From an uncultured Alphaproteobacteria bacterium (GTDB taxonomy: Bacteria > Pseudomonadota > Alphaproteobacteria > Rhizobiales > Aestuariivirgaceae), in the NCBI GenBank assembly GCA_963700895.1, contig CAVOZI010000010.1, forward strand, positions 4,113 through 68,112: a DNA stretch of 64,000 nt, given 5' to 3'. The translations under genes and the position numbers were made by a program. Positions 1 through 10,467 of this stretch are shown in pieces. How positions within the stretch are numbered: the stretch's first letter is position 1; the number at the start of each line of letters is the position of its first letter. The notes under the pieces are model-generated. The model was not told where the DNA came from. It searched no databases and was given only the letters and a program-made list of their open reading frames with translations.

Positions 1-233
1 ATGCCCGCGTCCTCCGCCGTCACCACCGCCCGCACCAGATTCTGCGAGGTCTCTTCCAGCGGCAGCCAGCGATAGTCGATCGGGTTGCCTTCGAGCCGCT
101 TCCACAACATCGTGGCGCTGACCGGCGGCGGCATGACCGCGTAGACAAGGGTCAGCACGTAGGGCAACAGCAACAGCGCGCCAACAGCCGCAAGCACGGC
201 CTTCACCCAGCGTTTTCGCAGCAGATTTCCCAT
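1..233 (-). CDS. mtgA: Monofunctional peptidoglycan transglycosylase, 5' part (runs off window)
   Basis: Manual translation from ATG 233: MGNLLRKRWVKAVLAAVGALLLLPYVLTLVYAVMPPPVSATMLWKRLEGNPIDYRWLPLEETSQNLVRAVVTAEDA; TM anchor plus W.PL..IS..L.RAV.AED motif; divergent from ispA. Confidence 0.85.
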   Translation of the reverse strand, partial: MGNLLRKRWVKAVLAAVGALLLLPYVLTLVYAVMPPPVSATMLWKRLEGNPIDYRWLPLEETSQNLVRAVVTAEDAG

Positions 234-367
234 CGCTCTCGCAAGCTTCCCGGTTGCAGTCTCGCGTGGGCGGCCCTAGAAGGATCGCCAGATCACGACC
301 GCTCAGACCAATAGCCCAGCCGGCGAGCGGATAAAACCGGAATTGCCAGAAGGAGCACGGACGTACC

Positions 368-1255
368 ATGCCGTTCCAGGCCGCGCTGAAAAAGACTGCC
401 GACGAGATCGAGACACTGCTCGATGAACTGCTGAGCCTCGACAATGCCCTGGCGCCCCGGGTGACCGAGGCGATGCGTTACTCTGCGCTGGCCCAGGGCA
501 AGCGGCTTCGCCCCTTCTTCGTTGCCGAAAGCGCCCGCATCCTGGGGGCCGATCACCGCCAGGCCCTGCGCGTGGGCGCTGCCCTCGAGTGCATCCACTG
601 CTACTCGCTGGTGCATGACGACCTGCCGGCCATGGACGACGACGACCTGCGCCGTGGCAAGCCCACTTGCCATATCGCCTATGACGAGGCGACCGCCATC
701 CTGGCCGGCGACGGCCTGCTCACCGTGGCATTCGAGATTGTGACCGACCCCGCCACCCATGCCGATGGCGCGGTGCGCGCCGAACTGGCACTGGAGCTTG
801 CCCGCGCCTCGGGACACAACGGCATGGTCGGTGGCCAGATGCTCGATCTGGCGGCGGAACAAAAGCAGAGCCACGACCTCGACGAGATCATCGCCATCCA
901 GAGCCTGAAGACAGGAGCCCTGTTCCGTTTCTCGCTGGAAGGCGGCGCCATCCTCGCCCAGGCCGGGCCGGAAGACCGCGCACGGATGCGCACCTATGCT
1001 GACAAGGTGGGACTGGCGTTCCAGATCGCCGATGACATCCTTGATGTCGAAAGCTCGCCTGAGCAACTCGGCAAGGCCACCCAGAAGGACGCCGAAGCCG
1101 GCAAGGCCACCTTCATCGACCTGTTCGGCCTCGAGGGCGCCAAGACTCGCGCCAGCAGCCTTGCTGATGAGGCAATTGACGCCCTGTCGGCCTATGGCGG
1201 CAAGGCGGACATCCTGCGAGAGGCCGCCCGGTTCATCGTCGAGCGCAAGAACTGA
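368..1255 (+). CDS. ispA: Farnesyl/geranylgeranyl diphosphate synthase
   Basis: GKRLRP, HDDLPAMDDDDLRRGKPT, FQIADDILD motifs. Confidence 0.95.
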   Translation: MPFQAALKKTADEIETLLDELLSLDNALAPRVTEAMRYSALAQGKRLRPFFVAESARILGADHRQALRVGAALECIHCYSLVHDDLPAMDDDDLRRGKPTCHIAYDEATAILAGDGLLTVAFEIVTDPATHADGAVRAELALELARASGHNGMVGGQMLDLAAEQKQSHDLDEIIAIQSLKTGALFRFSLEGGAILAQAGPEDRARMRTYADKVGLAFQIADDILDVESSPEQLGKATQKDAEAGKATFIDLFGLEGAKTRASSLADEAIDALSAYGGKADILREAARFIVERKN

Positions 1256-1459
1256 CGCCGGCCGCCGGTGCAGGCCGGCATGTGCAGAATTGCACATCGC
1301 CCACCATCAGCCCATGTAACGATCCTCTCACTGCATCGCACAGGTCACTGCACCTGGACATGGCAGCAGGAATTCACCGGATGCTTCGGGACGGCTGGAG
1401 CTGGAGTGGGGTTTTCGGGATGGATGAACGTTGTCCATCCCGGCCCACTCGAAACAAAT

Positions 1460-1494
1460 CGGGAGCGGTTCACCACCGCTCCCGCTTTGCTTTT
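1460..1494. terminator. Probable bidirectional intrinsic terminator
   Basis: Stem CGGGAGCGGT/ACCGCTCCCG (1460-1484) flanked by AAACAAAT and CTTTGCTTTT, between convergent ispA and ispG. Confidence 0.7.
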
Positions 1495-1524
1495 CTACAT
1501 GCCCGGCTATTCGGCGGACACCGC

Positions 1525-2772
1525 CTATGAGCGCGGACGGATGCCATCGCCCCAGCGGTTGACCACGTAATCGTCGACAATCTGCTTGAACTGGGCGCCG
1601 ATATCGTCGCCGCGCAGCGTCTTGACCTTCTTGCCGTCGATGAACACCGGTGCAGCCGGCACTTCGCCCGTGCCGGGCAGCGAGATGCCGATGTCGGCGT
1701 GCTTGGATTCGCCCGGACCATTGACGATGCAACCCATGACCGCCACCTGCAGCTCCTCGAAGCCCGGATAGGTCTTCTTCCATTCCGGCTGCTGGGCGCG
1801 CAAGTATGCCTGGATGTCCTGCGCCAGGTGCTGGAACACCGTCGAGGTGGTGCGTCCGCAACCTGGGCACGCAATGACCATCGGCGTGAACGAGCGGATA
1901 CCCATGGTCTGCAGGATCTCCTGCGCGACAATGACTTCCTTGGAGCGATCGCCACCCGGTTCCGGGGTCAGCGAGATGCGGATGGTGTCGCCGATGCCTT
2001 CCTGCAGCAGCACGCCAAGCCCGGCAGCGGACGCCACGATGCCCTTGGATCCCATGCCGGCCTCGGTCAGGCCCAGGTGCAAGGCATAATTGCTGCGCTC
2101 GGCGATCTGGCGGTAACAGGCAATCAGGTCCTGTACTTCCGACACCTTCACCGAAATCACGATCTTGTCCTGTGGCAGGCCGAGCGCCTCGGCGCGCGCC
2201 GCCGACTGCAGGCCCGATTCGACCATGGTGTCGTGCATGACGAGCCGCGCGTCCTTCGGCTCCGGCAATTTGGCGTTCTCGTCCATCATCCGCGCCAGCA
2301 TCGACTGGTCCAGTGAGCCCCAGTTGACGCCGATGCGCACCGGCTTGTTGAACTCGATGGCGCGCTCGATCATCATCGAGAAATTGCGGTCCTGCTTTTC
2401 CTTGAAGCCCACATTGCCGGGGTTGATGCGGTACTTGGCCAGCGCTTCCGCGCAAGCCGGATGATCGCGCAGCAAGGTGTGGCCGATATAGTGGAAGTCA
2501 CCGATCAGCGGCGTGTCGATGCCCATCTGGTCCAGCCGGTCGCGGATGTACGGTACCGCCTTGGCGGCTTCTTCCTTGTCCACCGTGATGCGAACCAGCT
2601 CGGAGCCGGCGCGGGTGAGCGCTGCCACCTGCTGCGCGGTGCCTTCGATGTCGGCAGTGTCGGTATTGGTCATCGACTGAACGACAACTGGCGCGCCGCC
2701 GCCGATCTGAATCTTGTCGCCAACCTTGACGCCTACCGTGTTGCGGCGGTCCTTGACGGCCGAATAGGCCAT
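1525..2772 (-). CDS. ispG: HMBPP synthase (MEP pathway)
   Basis: [41 protein letters not shown]...[10 protein letters not shown]; start MAYSAV at 2772. Confidence 0.96.
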   Translation of the reverse strand: MAYSAVKDRRNTVGVKVGDKIQIGGGAPVVVQSMTNTDTADIEGTAQQVAALTRAGSELVRITVDKEEAAKAVPYIRDRLDQMGIDTPLIGDFHYIGHTLLRDHPACAEALAKYRINPGNVGFKEKQDRNFSMMIERAIEFNKPVRIGVNWGSLDQSMLARMMDENAKLPEPKDARLVMHDTMVESGLQSAARAEALGLPQDKIVISVKVSEVQDLIACYRQIAERSNYALHLGLTEAGMGSKGIVASAAGLGVLLQEGIGDTIRISLTPEPGGDRSKEVIVAQEILQTMGIRSFTPMVIACPGCGRTTSTVFQHLAQDIQAYLRAQQPEWKKTYPGFEELQVAVMGCIVNGPGESKHADIGISLPGTGEVPAAPVFIDGKKVKTLRGDDIGAQFKQIVDDYVVNRWGDGIRPRS

Positions 2773-2971
2773 GGTTTCTGCTCCTGAAATGATGCAAGTT
2801 CCGGATTTGGGGCTTCTTCGCACAGCGGGCAAAGTGTTTCAAGCAATCCATTGACGCAGTTGCACCAGGCGCCGGGAGCGTAAACCGGCGGTTTCGTTCA
2901 TGCACCGTTCATTTTTGCAATGCCCATGATATAAATGGTCTACGGATCAATCCCTGGCATCGAGAAAACCC

Positions 2972-3751
2972 ATGCTCGACAAACCGATGAAGCTCATTGA
3001 AAACCTGCCCTTCGACACCGACGGCGGCATTGCGCCGCGCGGCCGTATCGGGCTTATCGTTCTGGCCAGCGACTTCACCATCGAGCATGAATGGCGGCGG
3101 ATCTTCGACGCCGTGCCAGGCGCGGCGCTCTATCACAGCCGCATTTACAACGACAACCAGATCACCCCGGAAACCCTGCGGGCCATGGAACCGCGCATCC
3201 GCGATTGCGCCGATGTGTTCCTGCCTGGGGCAAAAATGGACGTCATCGCCTATGGCTGCACCTCTGCGTCAATGGCCATTGGCGAGGAGCGGGTGTTCGA
3301 ACGCATTCGTGAAGCACGAACTGGGGTCGCCTGCACCACCCCGATCACTGCCGCATTTGCTGCATTCAAGGCGTTCAAGGCCAACCGCATCGGCGTGCTG
3401 ACGCCGTATCGCGCCGACGTGAACCGGATTGTCGCCGATTATATCCGCGGGCGCGGTTTCGAAGTGCCGGTGTTCGGATCGTTCAACGAAGAGTCGGATG
3501 CCGTGGTGGCGAGCATTTCACCTGCTTCGATTCGCGCCGGCGTCCAGCGCCTGGCCGACGAAGGCGGCATTGATGCGGTCTTCGTCTCATGCACTTCGGT
3601 CCGGCTGGCTGAGGCAGCCGCCCAAATCGAGGCGGAAGTCGGGCTGCCTGTTACCTCCAGCAATCACGCCATGGCCTGGCATGCCCTGCGGCTCGCCGGC
3701 ATCGACGATCAACTACCTGAATTCGGCAGGCTCTTTACCCTGCCGGCATAG
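2972..3751 (+). CDS. Asp/Glu racemase / maleate isomerase family protein (EutA-like)
   Basis: RIGLIVLASDFTIEHE, YGCTSAS, FVSCTS two-Cys motifs. Confidence 0.85.
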   Translation: MLDKPMKLIENLPFDTDGGIAPRGRIGLIVLASDFTIEHEWRRIFDAVPGAALYHSRIYNDNQITPETLRAMEPRIRDCADVFLPGAKMDVIAYGCTSASMAIGEERVFERIREARTGVACTTPITAAFAAFKAFKANRIGVLTPYRADVNRIVADYIRGRGFEVPVFGSFNEESDAVVASISPASIRAGVQRLADEGGIDAVFVSCTSVRLAEAAAQIEAEVGLPVTSSNHAMAWHALRLAGIDDQLPEFGRLFTLPA

Positions 3752-3889
3752 CGCAAGCCCGATTGCTGGAAGCCGGGCGATCATCAACAAAAGGGGGTAT
3801 CTGGATTGAAGCAGAACTAGCAGCCCGCAAGGCAATGCACATCAACTGAAAGATAGGCGTTCAATTCTGAACTCCGGGGGGAGTAACGA

Positions 3890-4357
3890 ATGACAGACGG
3901 CACTGCGCGGCGGCGGCAGGGCAAAAAACGCATGCTTGCGACCATACTCGACGCAATGCATCGGCTCGACGCTATATTTCCGGAAACGCGCCCGGAAACC
4001 GTGAATTTCGGCGCACTTATCATGTGCTGCCGCCTCATCCTGGCAGACGGCATAGTTCATCCGCTGGAAACCCGCTTCCTGACACGGCTGGTCGCACCAA
4101 GGATCAAGCTGCGCCGCGACGACATCGAGTTCATCTGCGACCGGGTGGAGGACCGCTGCATAACAGCGCGGCACCTTGAGTGGCTGATATCCTTCATGCA
4201 GTCGAGCATGACACCGGACGACCGGACCACCTTGGCCACGGCCCTTCACGAACTGGCGATGGCTGATCACAACCTTCACAATGCAGAATTGCAGGTGATC
4301 GACCAGGTGCTGCAATTGCTCGGCTTGAAGGCCACCCCACGGGCTGCGGCAGGCTAG
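3890..4357 (+). CDS. TerB-family (tellurite resistance-like) protein
   Basis: LILADGIVHPLE and LAMADHNLHNAELQVI paired TerB motifs; GGGAG RBS. Confidence 0.7.
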   Translation: MTDGTARRRQGKKRMLATILDAMHRLDAIFPETRPETVNFGALIMCCRLILADGIVHPLETRFLTRLVAPRIKLRRDDIEFICDRVEDRCITARHLEWLISFMQSSMTPDDRTTLATALHELAMADHNLHNAELQVIDQVLQLLGLKATPRAAAG

Positions 4358-4367
4358 GGTGTGGACC

Positions 4368-5327
4368 CTAGACCTGTTCAGCCATCAGACAGAGCAGTTC
4401 GAACATCATGGTGACGCCCGCCAGTGCAGTGTAGCCGGACGGGTCGAACGGCGGCGATACCTCGACCACGTCGGCACCGATCAGCTTCACCCCGCGCAGC
4501 GCCCGCAGCATCTGTTGCGCCTCGCGCGTGGTGAAGCCGCCTGCCTCCGGCGTGCCGGTACCGGGCGCGAACGCCGGGTCCAGGCAGTCGATGTCGAAGG
4601 TCACGTAGGTTTCACCACCGCCCACGATCTGGCGCGCCCGCTCCATGGTCTTGTCGAGACCATCGGCAACTGCCTCCTCGATATTGATCATGGTCACGCC
4701 GTGCTTAGCGCCGAACTCCCGGTCTGACCAGTCATAGACACCGCCGCGCAAGCCGATCTGCACGGTGCGCTTCGGGTCCAGCACGCCCTCTTCGATGGCC
4801 CGGGCGAACGGCGTGCCGTGGGTGAACCTGGAGCCATGGAAATAGCTGTCCCACAGGTCCGAGTGGGCATCGAACTGGATCATGCCGACCGGCTTGTCCT
4901 TGCCCAGCGCCCGCAGGATCGGCAGCGAGCACAGGTGATCGCCGCCGGCGGACAGCGGGCGGATGCCGGCTGTCTTGACCTTGGTGTAGAAGGTCTCGAT
5001 CCGGCCCATCGCATCCATCAGGTCGGCTGGATTGACCGGCGCATCGCCAAGGTCAGCCACGTTGGCAAGCTTGTACGGCTCGATCTTCAGGTGGTGGTGC
5101 ACCGCCCGGATCATGGCAGACGCGTCGCGCATTTGCCGCGTCCCGTGGCGTGGCCCCGGCCGGTTGGTGGTGCCGCCATCCCATGGCACGCCAATCAGCC
5201 CGATGTCCACGTCGCCCGCATCTTCAAGTTTTACGTGCGGCAGCCGCATGAAGGTGGCCACGCCGGCAAAACGCGGCACTTCAAGGCCCGGGATGGGTTG
5301 GTAGAAATCGTTGTTGGGACGGCTCAT
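4368..5327 (-). CDS. Ureohydrolase: agmatinase / guanidinobutyrase family
   Basis: PRFAGVATFMRLP, GGDH, DAHSD, FDIDCLDPAFAPGTGTP metal-binding motifs. Confidence 0.92.
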   Translation of the reverse strand: MSRPNNDFYQPIPGLEVPRFAGVATFMRLPHVKLEDAGDVDIGLIGVPWDGGTTNRPGPRHGTRQMRDASAMIRAVHHHLKIEPYKLANVADLGDAPVNPADLMDAMGRIETFYTKVKTAGIRPLSAGGDHLCSLPILRALGKDKPVGMIQFDAHSDLWDSYFHGSRFTHGTPFARAIEEGVLDPKRTVQIGLRGGVYDWSDREFGAKHGVTMINIEEAVADGLDKTMERARQIVGGGETYVTFDIDCLDPAFAPGTGTPEAGGFTTREAQQMLRALRGVKLIGADVVEVSPPFDPSGYTALAGVTMMFELLCLMAEQV

Positions 5328-5430
5328 GTCACTGCCTCGTTGCGGATCGGGAGACACAGACTTGAACAACTGACCCCGTTCAGGCAAGCCTTGGTTTCAC
5401 AAAAGTTTTTCAACGCTCCGGACCTGCCCC

Positions 5431-6957
5431 ATGAACCTTGCCCACTGGATCGAACGCAACGCGCTGGAACTGCCGGACCACCCCGCCGTGGGCAAGGGCA
5501 CCAAGGTCATCTGGACCCACGCCCAGCTGCGCGAGCGGGTGGAGTGGCTGGCCGGCGGGCTGCTGAACATCGGCCTTGAACGCGGCGACCGCGTCGGCCT
5601 CGCCATGAAGAACGTGCCGGAGTACTTCGAGTGCCTGTTCGCCATCTGGCACGCAGGCCTTGCCGCCGTGCCCATGAACGCCAAGCTGCACGCCTCGGAA
5701 TTCAGTTACATTGCCGGGAATTCAGGCTGCCGCGCCGTGTTCACGACGCCGGATCTGACCCAGGTCTTGAGCGAAGTTCAGCCCGCCTGCACGCAACACG
5801 TCATTGACGTGACCTCGCCCGCCTATGCCGCCTTGCTCGGCCACGGCCCGGCGAAGATCACCTATGTCGAGCCTGATGAACTGGCCTGGCTGTTCTACAC
5901 TTCCGGCACCACCGGCAGGCCCAAGGGCGCCATGCTGTCCCACCGCAACATCGTGGCGATGACGCTCAACTACTTCGCCGATTTCGACCGCGTGATGCCG
6001 GAGGATTCGATCCTGCATCCTGCCCCCTTGAGCCACGGCTCGGGCATGTGGATGTTCCCGCACGTGTGCGCCGGCGCGGTCAACGTGGTGCCTGACTCGG
6101 GCGGCTTCGACCCTGCCGAAATCTTCGATCTCATCGGCCACTGGCAGGGCGTGTCGATGTTTGCAGCGCCAACGATGGTGCGGCGGCTGACCACTTCCGG
6201 CATCGAGGCTGACGTGTCCAACCTCAAGCTGATCATCTATGGCGGTGCACCGATGTACGTCGAGGATTGCATCGCCGCGCTCGACCGTTTCGGCCCGAAA
6301 CTCGCCCAGCTCTATGGCCAGGGCGAAAGCCCGATGACCATCACCCATCTATCACGAGACGTTATGGCGGACCGCGATCATCCGAAATGGCGCCACCGCC
6401 TCGGCTCGGCCGGCGTCGCCGACAGCTGCGTGCACGTACGAGTGGTGGACGAGGATGGCAATGAAGTGCCGCCCGGCGAGAAGGGCGAGATCGTCTGCCG
6501 CGGCGATAGCGTCATGTCCGGCTACTGGAACAACCCCGACGCTACCGCCAAGGCATTGAGGAACGGCTGGCTGTGGACCGGCGACGTCGGCATGTTCGAC
6601 GAGGACGGCTATCTCACCATCACCGACAGGTCGAAGGACCTGATCATTTCCGGCGGCACCAATGTCTATCCGCGCGAGGTGGAGGAGGTGCTGCTGCAGC
6701 TGCCGGAACTGGCGGAAGTGTGCGTCATCGGCAGGCCCCACGCGGACTGGGGCGAGGTGGTGGTCGCCTACCTGGTGAAGGAGCCGGGTGCGGACATTTC
6801 ACAATCGGCAGTCGATGCCCATTGCTTGCAAAACATGGCACGCTTCAAGCGGCCCAAGGCCTATCGCTTTGTCGATGCCTTGCCCAAGAGCAACTATGGC
6901 AAGATACTGAAGACTGAAGTCCGCGACATCGAGAAGGGCTTTTACTGGGAGGACTAG
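5431..6957 (+). CDS. AMP-dependent acyl-CoA synthetase
   Basis: YTSGTTGRPKG, YGQGE, TGDVG, DRSKDLIISGG. Confidence 0.92.
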   Translation: MNLAHWIERNALELPDHPAVGKGTKVIWTHAQLRERVEWLAGGLLNIGLERGDRVGLAMKNVPEYFECLFAIWHAGLAAVPMNAKLHASEFSYIAGNSGCRAVFTTPDLTQVLSEVQPACTQHVIDVTSPAYAALLGHGPAKITYVEPDELAWLFYTSGTTGRPKGAMLSHRNIVAMTLNYFADFDRVMPEDSILHPAPLSHGSGMWMFPHVCAGAVNVVPDSGGFDPAEIFDLIGHWQGVSMFAAPTMVRRLTTSGIEADVSNLKLIIYGGAPMYVEDCIAALDRFGPKLAQLYGQGESPMTITHLSRDVMADRDHPKWRHRLGSAGVADSCVHVRVVDEDGNEVPPGEKGEIVCRGDSVMSGYWNNPDATAKALRNGWLWTGDVGMFDEDGYLTITDRSKDLIISGGTNVYPREVEEVLLQLPELAEVCVIGRPHADWGEVVVAYLVKEPGADISQSAVDAHCLQNMARFKRPKAYRFVDALPKSNYGKILKTEVRDIEKGFYWED

Positions 6958-6960
6958 ACC

Positions 6961-7518
6961 ATGGCCGTGATCCAGGTACAGGGCGTTCACCACATCACGC
7001 TGAACGGCGCCGACCGGCAGACCTCGATCGACTTCTGGGAAGGTGTGCTCGGCATGCCGTTCGTGTTCGAGCAGCCGAACCTGGACGATCCGGAAACCAA
7101 CCACCTCTATTTCGATCCCGGCGACGGACGGCTGATCACAATCTTCACCCGCGAGGACCGCGAGCCGGACGCCCGGCCCAACCCCAACGGCATCGGCAAC
7201 CTGCACCACATCGCCTTCATCGTGTCGCGCGCCACCTACACGCAACTGGTGGACCGGCTGGAGGAAGCAGGTTTCGGCAATTCCGGCGAGGTGGACCGCG
7301 GCTTCATGGACTCGTTCTATTTCCGCGACCCGCTGGGCCAGCTGCTGGAACTGGCGTGCTACAAGTTCGATCCGCCCTTCGGCTTCACTCACGCCGACGT
7401 GCTGCACGAGGCGCACAAGATCAGGGTGGAGGAAGGCGACTACAACATCACCGACACCCACATCGCCGACGCGTTGATGGTGCTGAGCCAGCGCCGGGCG
7501 GGGACATTGAGCGAGTGA
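6961..7518 (+). CDS. VOC/glyoxalase family protein
   Basis: GVHHITL, LHHIAF, YFRDPLGQLLEL. Confidence 0.88.
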   Translation: MAVIQVQGVHHITLNGADRQTSIDFWEGVLGMPFVFEQPNLDDPETNHLYFDPGDGRLITIFTREDREPDARPNPNGIGNLHHIAFIVSRATYTQLVDRLEEAGFGNSGEVDRGFMDSFYFRDPLGQLLELACYKFDPPFGFTHADVLHEAHKIRVEEGDYNITDTHIADALMVLSQRRAGTLSE

Positions 7519-7531
7519 GTATTTCCGGCGA

Positions 7532-8038
7532 TCACCCGGACTGAACCGGCCTCTTCGCCCGCCCCCGCATCGCCGGACGCCAGACGCCGAGAATGACATT
7601 GGCCACCGTCAGCGCCAGCACCACGGCGAGCGCCTGCCACTCGCTGGCAATCGCTTCCTGCAACTGCGCCTGCGTCGCTGACCCCTCCGCCACCTTGACC
7701 GAGAACTCGGCCGCCGCATTTGCCTTGTGACCGACGAAGCCGAGGGTACCCTCGAACATCGAGATGCCCAGCAGCGCCTTCGCCCATGCCCAGCGCTGGT
7801 CGAGGAATGGCGCATGCACCGCCATGGCAACGAGGCCCGACACCAGCGCCACCGCCAGCGACGGCACCAGCAGATAATCGCAGATGGCGCTGATCGAGGC
7901 GCGCAGGTCGGCATATTGCTGTGGCGTATCCTGCGGCCCGTAAGTGAGCAGGATGCCATAGCCCGTCAGCGCCCCGATCATGCCGCAGGCAGCCAGACTG
8001 TGCAGGATCTTCAGGGTCTTGCGGGTGCGTTGCGCCAA
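7532..8038 (-). CDS. Four-TM membrane protein (DUF2269-like)
   Basis: LKILHSLAACG...WAWAKAL...LGVWRP hydrophobic pattern. Confidence 0.6.
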   Translation of the reverse strand: MAQRTRKTLKILHSLAACGMIGALTGYGILLTYGPQDTPQQYADLRASISAICDYLLVPSLAVALVSGLVAMAVHAPFLDQRWAWAKALLGISMFEGTLGFVGHKANAAAEFSVKVAEGSATQAQLQEAIASEWQALAVVLALTVANVILGVWRPAMRGRAKRPVQSG

Positions 8039-8057
8039 GTCTCTCGCCTCTTGTCCG

Positions 8058-9239
8058 TCACCCCTTAACGTTCAGACGCCGCGGAGTGTTGCACAAGGTT
8101 TCGACGCCGGTTTCGGTGATCAGGATCGGCTCGGTAATCTCCAGCCCGCCATCGTCCAGCCACAGCGCCGGCATGAAATGGAAGATCATGCCGGGCTTCA
8201 GCACCGACTTGTCGCCACGCCGGAACGACATGGTGCGTTCGCCCCAGTCCGGCGGATAGCTGAGCCCGATGGAATAGCCGGTGCGCGAGTCCTTCGAGAA
8301 CCCGTGCCGCTCCAGCGTGTCGTAGAACGCGATGGCAATGTCCTCGCAGGTGTTGCCGGGCCTCGCCTTCTCGAGACCGGCGTCCACCGCCTCCAGCACC
8401 GCCTTCTCGGCGTCGAGATATTTCTGCGGCACCTTGCCGAGGAACAGCGTGCGCGACTGCGGGCAGTTGTAGCGGCGGTAACAGCCGGCGATCTCGAAGA
8501 AAGTGCTCTCGCCTGCGCGGAACGGCTGATCGTCCCAGGTCAGGTGCGGCGCGGTTGCGTCCATGCCCGACGGCAGCATCGGCACGATGGCCGGGTAATC
8601 GCCCCAGTGGCCGTCCGCACCCTCCACCGACACCTTGTAGAGCTCGGCCACCAGCCGGTTCTTCGGCAGGCCAACCTCGGCCATGTCGACGATGGTGGCG
8701 TGCATGCGCTCGACGATCTTTGCGGCGCGGCGCATGAATTCGATCTCGTTGGCCGACTTGATGGCCCGCTGCCAGTTGACGAGGCCCACGGCGTCGTTGA
8801 ACTTGGCCCCGGGCAGATGCTTCTTCAGGCTCTCCCACGCGGCTGCCGTGAACCAGTAATTGTCCATCTCGACGCCAATGCGCGCCTTCTCCCAGCCGCG
8901 CTCCTTGATGACGCCGGACAGGTGATCCATCGGGTGGCGCTCGGTGGACTGCACATAATGGTCCGGATAGCCGATGATGTTGTCATGTGCCATGAAGGCA
9001 GTGCGATAGGCGCCGTTGGCGTCCATGCCGCGCCCCCACCACACCGGCTCGCCCTCAAGGCCCACCAGCACGGCTTGATGGACATAGAACGACCAGCCGT
9101 CATAGCCGGTCAGCCACCCCATGTTGGACGGGTCGGACACGATGATCAGGTCAAGCCCCCGTTCGGCCATGGCGGCCCGGGTTCTGGCGATGCGCGCGGC
9201 GTACTCCTCGCGCGGAAAATGCAAGTCGGCGTCAGTCAT
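8058..9239 (-). CDS. doeA: M24-family hydrolase, ectoine hydrolase DoeA/EutD-like
   Basis: WLTGYDGWSFYVHQ, YPDHYVQSTERHPM, GYSIGLSYPPDWGERT, FHFMPALW. Confidence 0.85.
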   Translation of the reverse strand: MTDADLHFPREEYAARIARTRAAMAERGLDLIIVSDPSNMGWLTGYDGWSFYVHQAVLVGLEGEPVWWGRGMDANGAYRTAFMAHDNIIGYPDHYVQSTERHPMDHLSGVIKERGWEKARIGVEMDNYWFTAAAWESLKKHLPGAKFNDAVGLVNWQRAIKSANEIEFMRRAAKIVERMHATIVDMAEVGLPKNRLVAELYKVSVEGADGHWGDYPAIVPMLPSGMDATAPHLTWDDQPFRAGESTFFEIAGCYRRYNCPQSRTLFLGKVPQKYLDAEKAVLEAVDAGLEKARPGNTCEDIAIAFYDTLERHGFSKDSRTGYSIGLSYPPDWGERTMSFRRGDKSVLKPGMIFHFMPALWLDDGGLEITEPILITETGVETLCNTPRRLNVKG

Positions 9240-9330
9240 TGTTGGGCAGCCCCTCGACGGCAGGTGACAGATGGTCCAAGAATGACGCCCGAACGCACCT
9301 CCTTTCAATCCTGCCAGCGACAATATTTTC

Positions 9331-10467
9331 ATGGGTACAGTCTTCGACATCATCGTCATCGGCGGAGGCATTGCCGGCATGTCGGCCGCTGCCGAACTCA
9401 GCCGCGATCACAAGGTTTGCGTGCTGGAGCGCGAGACCGCAGCCGGCTACCACTCCACCGGACGCTCTGCCGCCACCTTCGTGCCAAGCTACGGCCCGCC
9501 TGCCTTCCAGGCGTTGGCGCGGGCCAGCGAAACGTTCTTCACCCAGGCTGACCCTGAATTCTGGCCTGCGCCGCTGCTCTCCCCGCGTGGCGAGGTGATG
9601 ATGATCGCCCCGGGCGAAGAGGCCCACATCGCCGAGGGTGAGGCGCTGGGTCTGGCGCACCTGCCGCTTGACGAGTTGAAACGCCGGGTGCCGCTGCTGC
9701 GGCAGGAGACGCTGGTGGCCGCGCTGATCGACGAGGCTGCCCGCGATATCGACGTGGACTTGCTGCTGCAGGGTTACGTTAAGGAATTTCGCTCGCGCGG
9801 CGGCGAGATCCGGTTCAGGACGGAGGTCACCGGCTTCACCCGTCATTACGGCGCCTGGCAGGTGCAGACGGCCGGCGGCGACAGCTTCAGCGCCGGGATG
9901 GTGGTCAATGCCGCCGGCGCATGGGCGTCCGAAATCGGACGGCTTGCCGGGGCTCAGGCCATAACGGTTACGCCCAAACGCCGCTCCGCCATACTGCTCG
10001 ACCTGCCGCCGGACTGCGGGCTGGATGGTTGGCCGCTGTGCTTCGGAGCGGGCGAAACCTTCTATTTCAAGCCGATGGGCGGCAGGCTGATGCTGTCGCC
10101 GGCCGATGCCACGCCGGTTGAACCACACGATGCCTGGGCCGACGACATGGCGCTGGCAGAGGCAGTGGAGAAGTTCCAGCAGGTGATCGACTTCGAAGTT
10201 ACCCATGCCGGGCAGAGCTGGGGCGGCCTGCGCTCGTTCGCGCCCGACGGCAACCCGGTCGTCGGCTTTGACGAAGTCCAGGATCACTTTGTCTGGCTGG
10301 CCGGACAGGGAGGATATGGCATCCAGTCCGCGCCCGCGCTGGCACGCCTGATCTCCAGCTTGGTCAACTCCGGTCACGCCATACGGGAAAGTACTTACGC
10401 CGGGCTTGAACTGGCAGCCATTTCCCCTGCAAGGTTTGCAGACGGCGGAGAGACAAGAGGTGTCTGA
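9331..10467 (+). CDS. FAD-dependent D-amino-acid dehydrogenase, DauA (D-arginine dehydrogenase)-like
   Basis: GGGIAG, LERE...GYHSTGRSAA, LLSPRG, WGGLRSFAPDG.PVVG, GQGGYGIQSAP. Confidence 0.8.
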   Translation: MGTVFDIIVIGGGIAGMSAAAELSRDHKVCVLERETAAGYHSTGRSAATFVPSYGPPAFQALARASETFFTQADPEFWPAPLLSPRGEVMMIAPGEEAHIAEGEALGLAHLPLDELKRRVPLLRQETLVAALIDEAARDIDVDLLLQGYVKEFRSRGGEIRFRTEVTGFTRHYGAWQVQTAGGDSFSAGMVVNAAGAWASEIGRLAGAQAITVTPKRRSAILLDLPPDCGLDGWPLCFGAGETFYFKPMGGRLMLSPADATPVEPHDAWADDMALAEAVEKFQQVIDFEVTHAGQSWGGLRSFAPDGNPVVGFDEVQDHFVWLAGQGGYGIQSAPALARLISSLVNSGHAIRESTYAGLELAAISPARFADGGETRGV

